From Eledone cirrhosa (lineage: Eukaryota), in assembly GCA_964016885.1 (NCBI GenBank), contig OZ024746.1, forward strand, positions 26,908,001-26,972,000: 64,000 nt of DNA. Reading direction: 5' to 3'. The notes below the pieces were generated by a model, which did not search any database, was not told the DNA's origin, and saw only the letters and a program-made list of their open reading frames with translations. Position 1 is the stretch's first letter, and every line of letters begins with the position of its first letter. Of the stretch, positions 63,524-64,000 are shown in pieces. The translations under genes and the position numbers were made by a program.

Positions 63524-64000
63524 TTCTTCTTAGAGAAGAATAAGCCACTATACTTTGCTTTTGTTGACCTAGAGAAGGCCTTTGATAGGGTACACCGATG
63601 TGTCATTTGGTGGTCCCTAATGAAACTAGGTGTAGAGGAATGTGAGGACAGTGCAAGCTATGTACAGAGGAGCTGTCACTAAAGTGAGGGTAGGAATGGA
63701 GTTTAGTGAGGAATTCCAGATACAAGTAGGAGTACATCAGGGTTCGGTCCTCAACCCGCTCTTGTTCATTATAGTCCTCCAAGCCATAACAGAGGAGTTT
63801 AAGACTGACTGCCCATGGGAACTTCTCTATGCTGATGATCTGGTTGTTATAGCAGAATCAGTAGAGGAGCTAGAGAATAAATTTTGGCTATGGAAACAGC
63901 AGTTGGAATCAAGAGGACTGAGAGTGAACATAGCTAAGACAAAAGTGTTGATAAGTAGAAAAGAGGGCAAAGCTCCGATTCCATCAGGGAAATGGCCATG
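63524..64000 (+). mobile_element. RTE RT fragment running off the window end
   Basis: FLEKNKPLYFAFVDLEKAFDRV, GVHQGSVLNPLLF, CPWELLYADDL; one frameshift near 63645. Confidence 0.9.

Overview
Eukaryotic, AT-rich, repeat-dominated DNA. The SINE and RTE-LINE families present resemble those I know from octopus/cephalopod genomes (inference). I can identify no intact cellular gene. About half the window is two satellite arrays: a 50/58-bp array (23.1-46.35 kb) with an ~8.7-kb higher-order duplication, and a 29-bp array (47.9-56.0 kb). The rest is nested mobile DNA: many RTE-clade LINE copies (one young, 5'-truncated copy with an open RT+PHD ORF at 57.0-59.4 kb), mariner, a piggyBac-type MITE, Penelope-like and Dong/R4 fragments, and tRNA-derived SINEs. 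The most striking structure is a 1.7-kb foldback element (15142-16840) with Merlin-like termini and a degenerate 8-bp TSD, inserted in a SINE. Both of its ~770-bp arms carry what looks like the first coding exon of host RMND5 (CTLH/GID E3 ligase) plus an L1/Tx1 3' fragment, i.e. a candidate Pack-type element able to form a long hairpin. Nearby are hammerhead-ribozyme motifs, including a pair in a 370-bp palindrome. All family assignments are by eye from recalled motifs; no database search was run.
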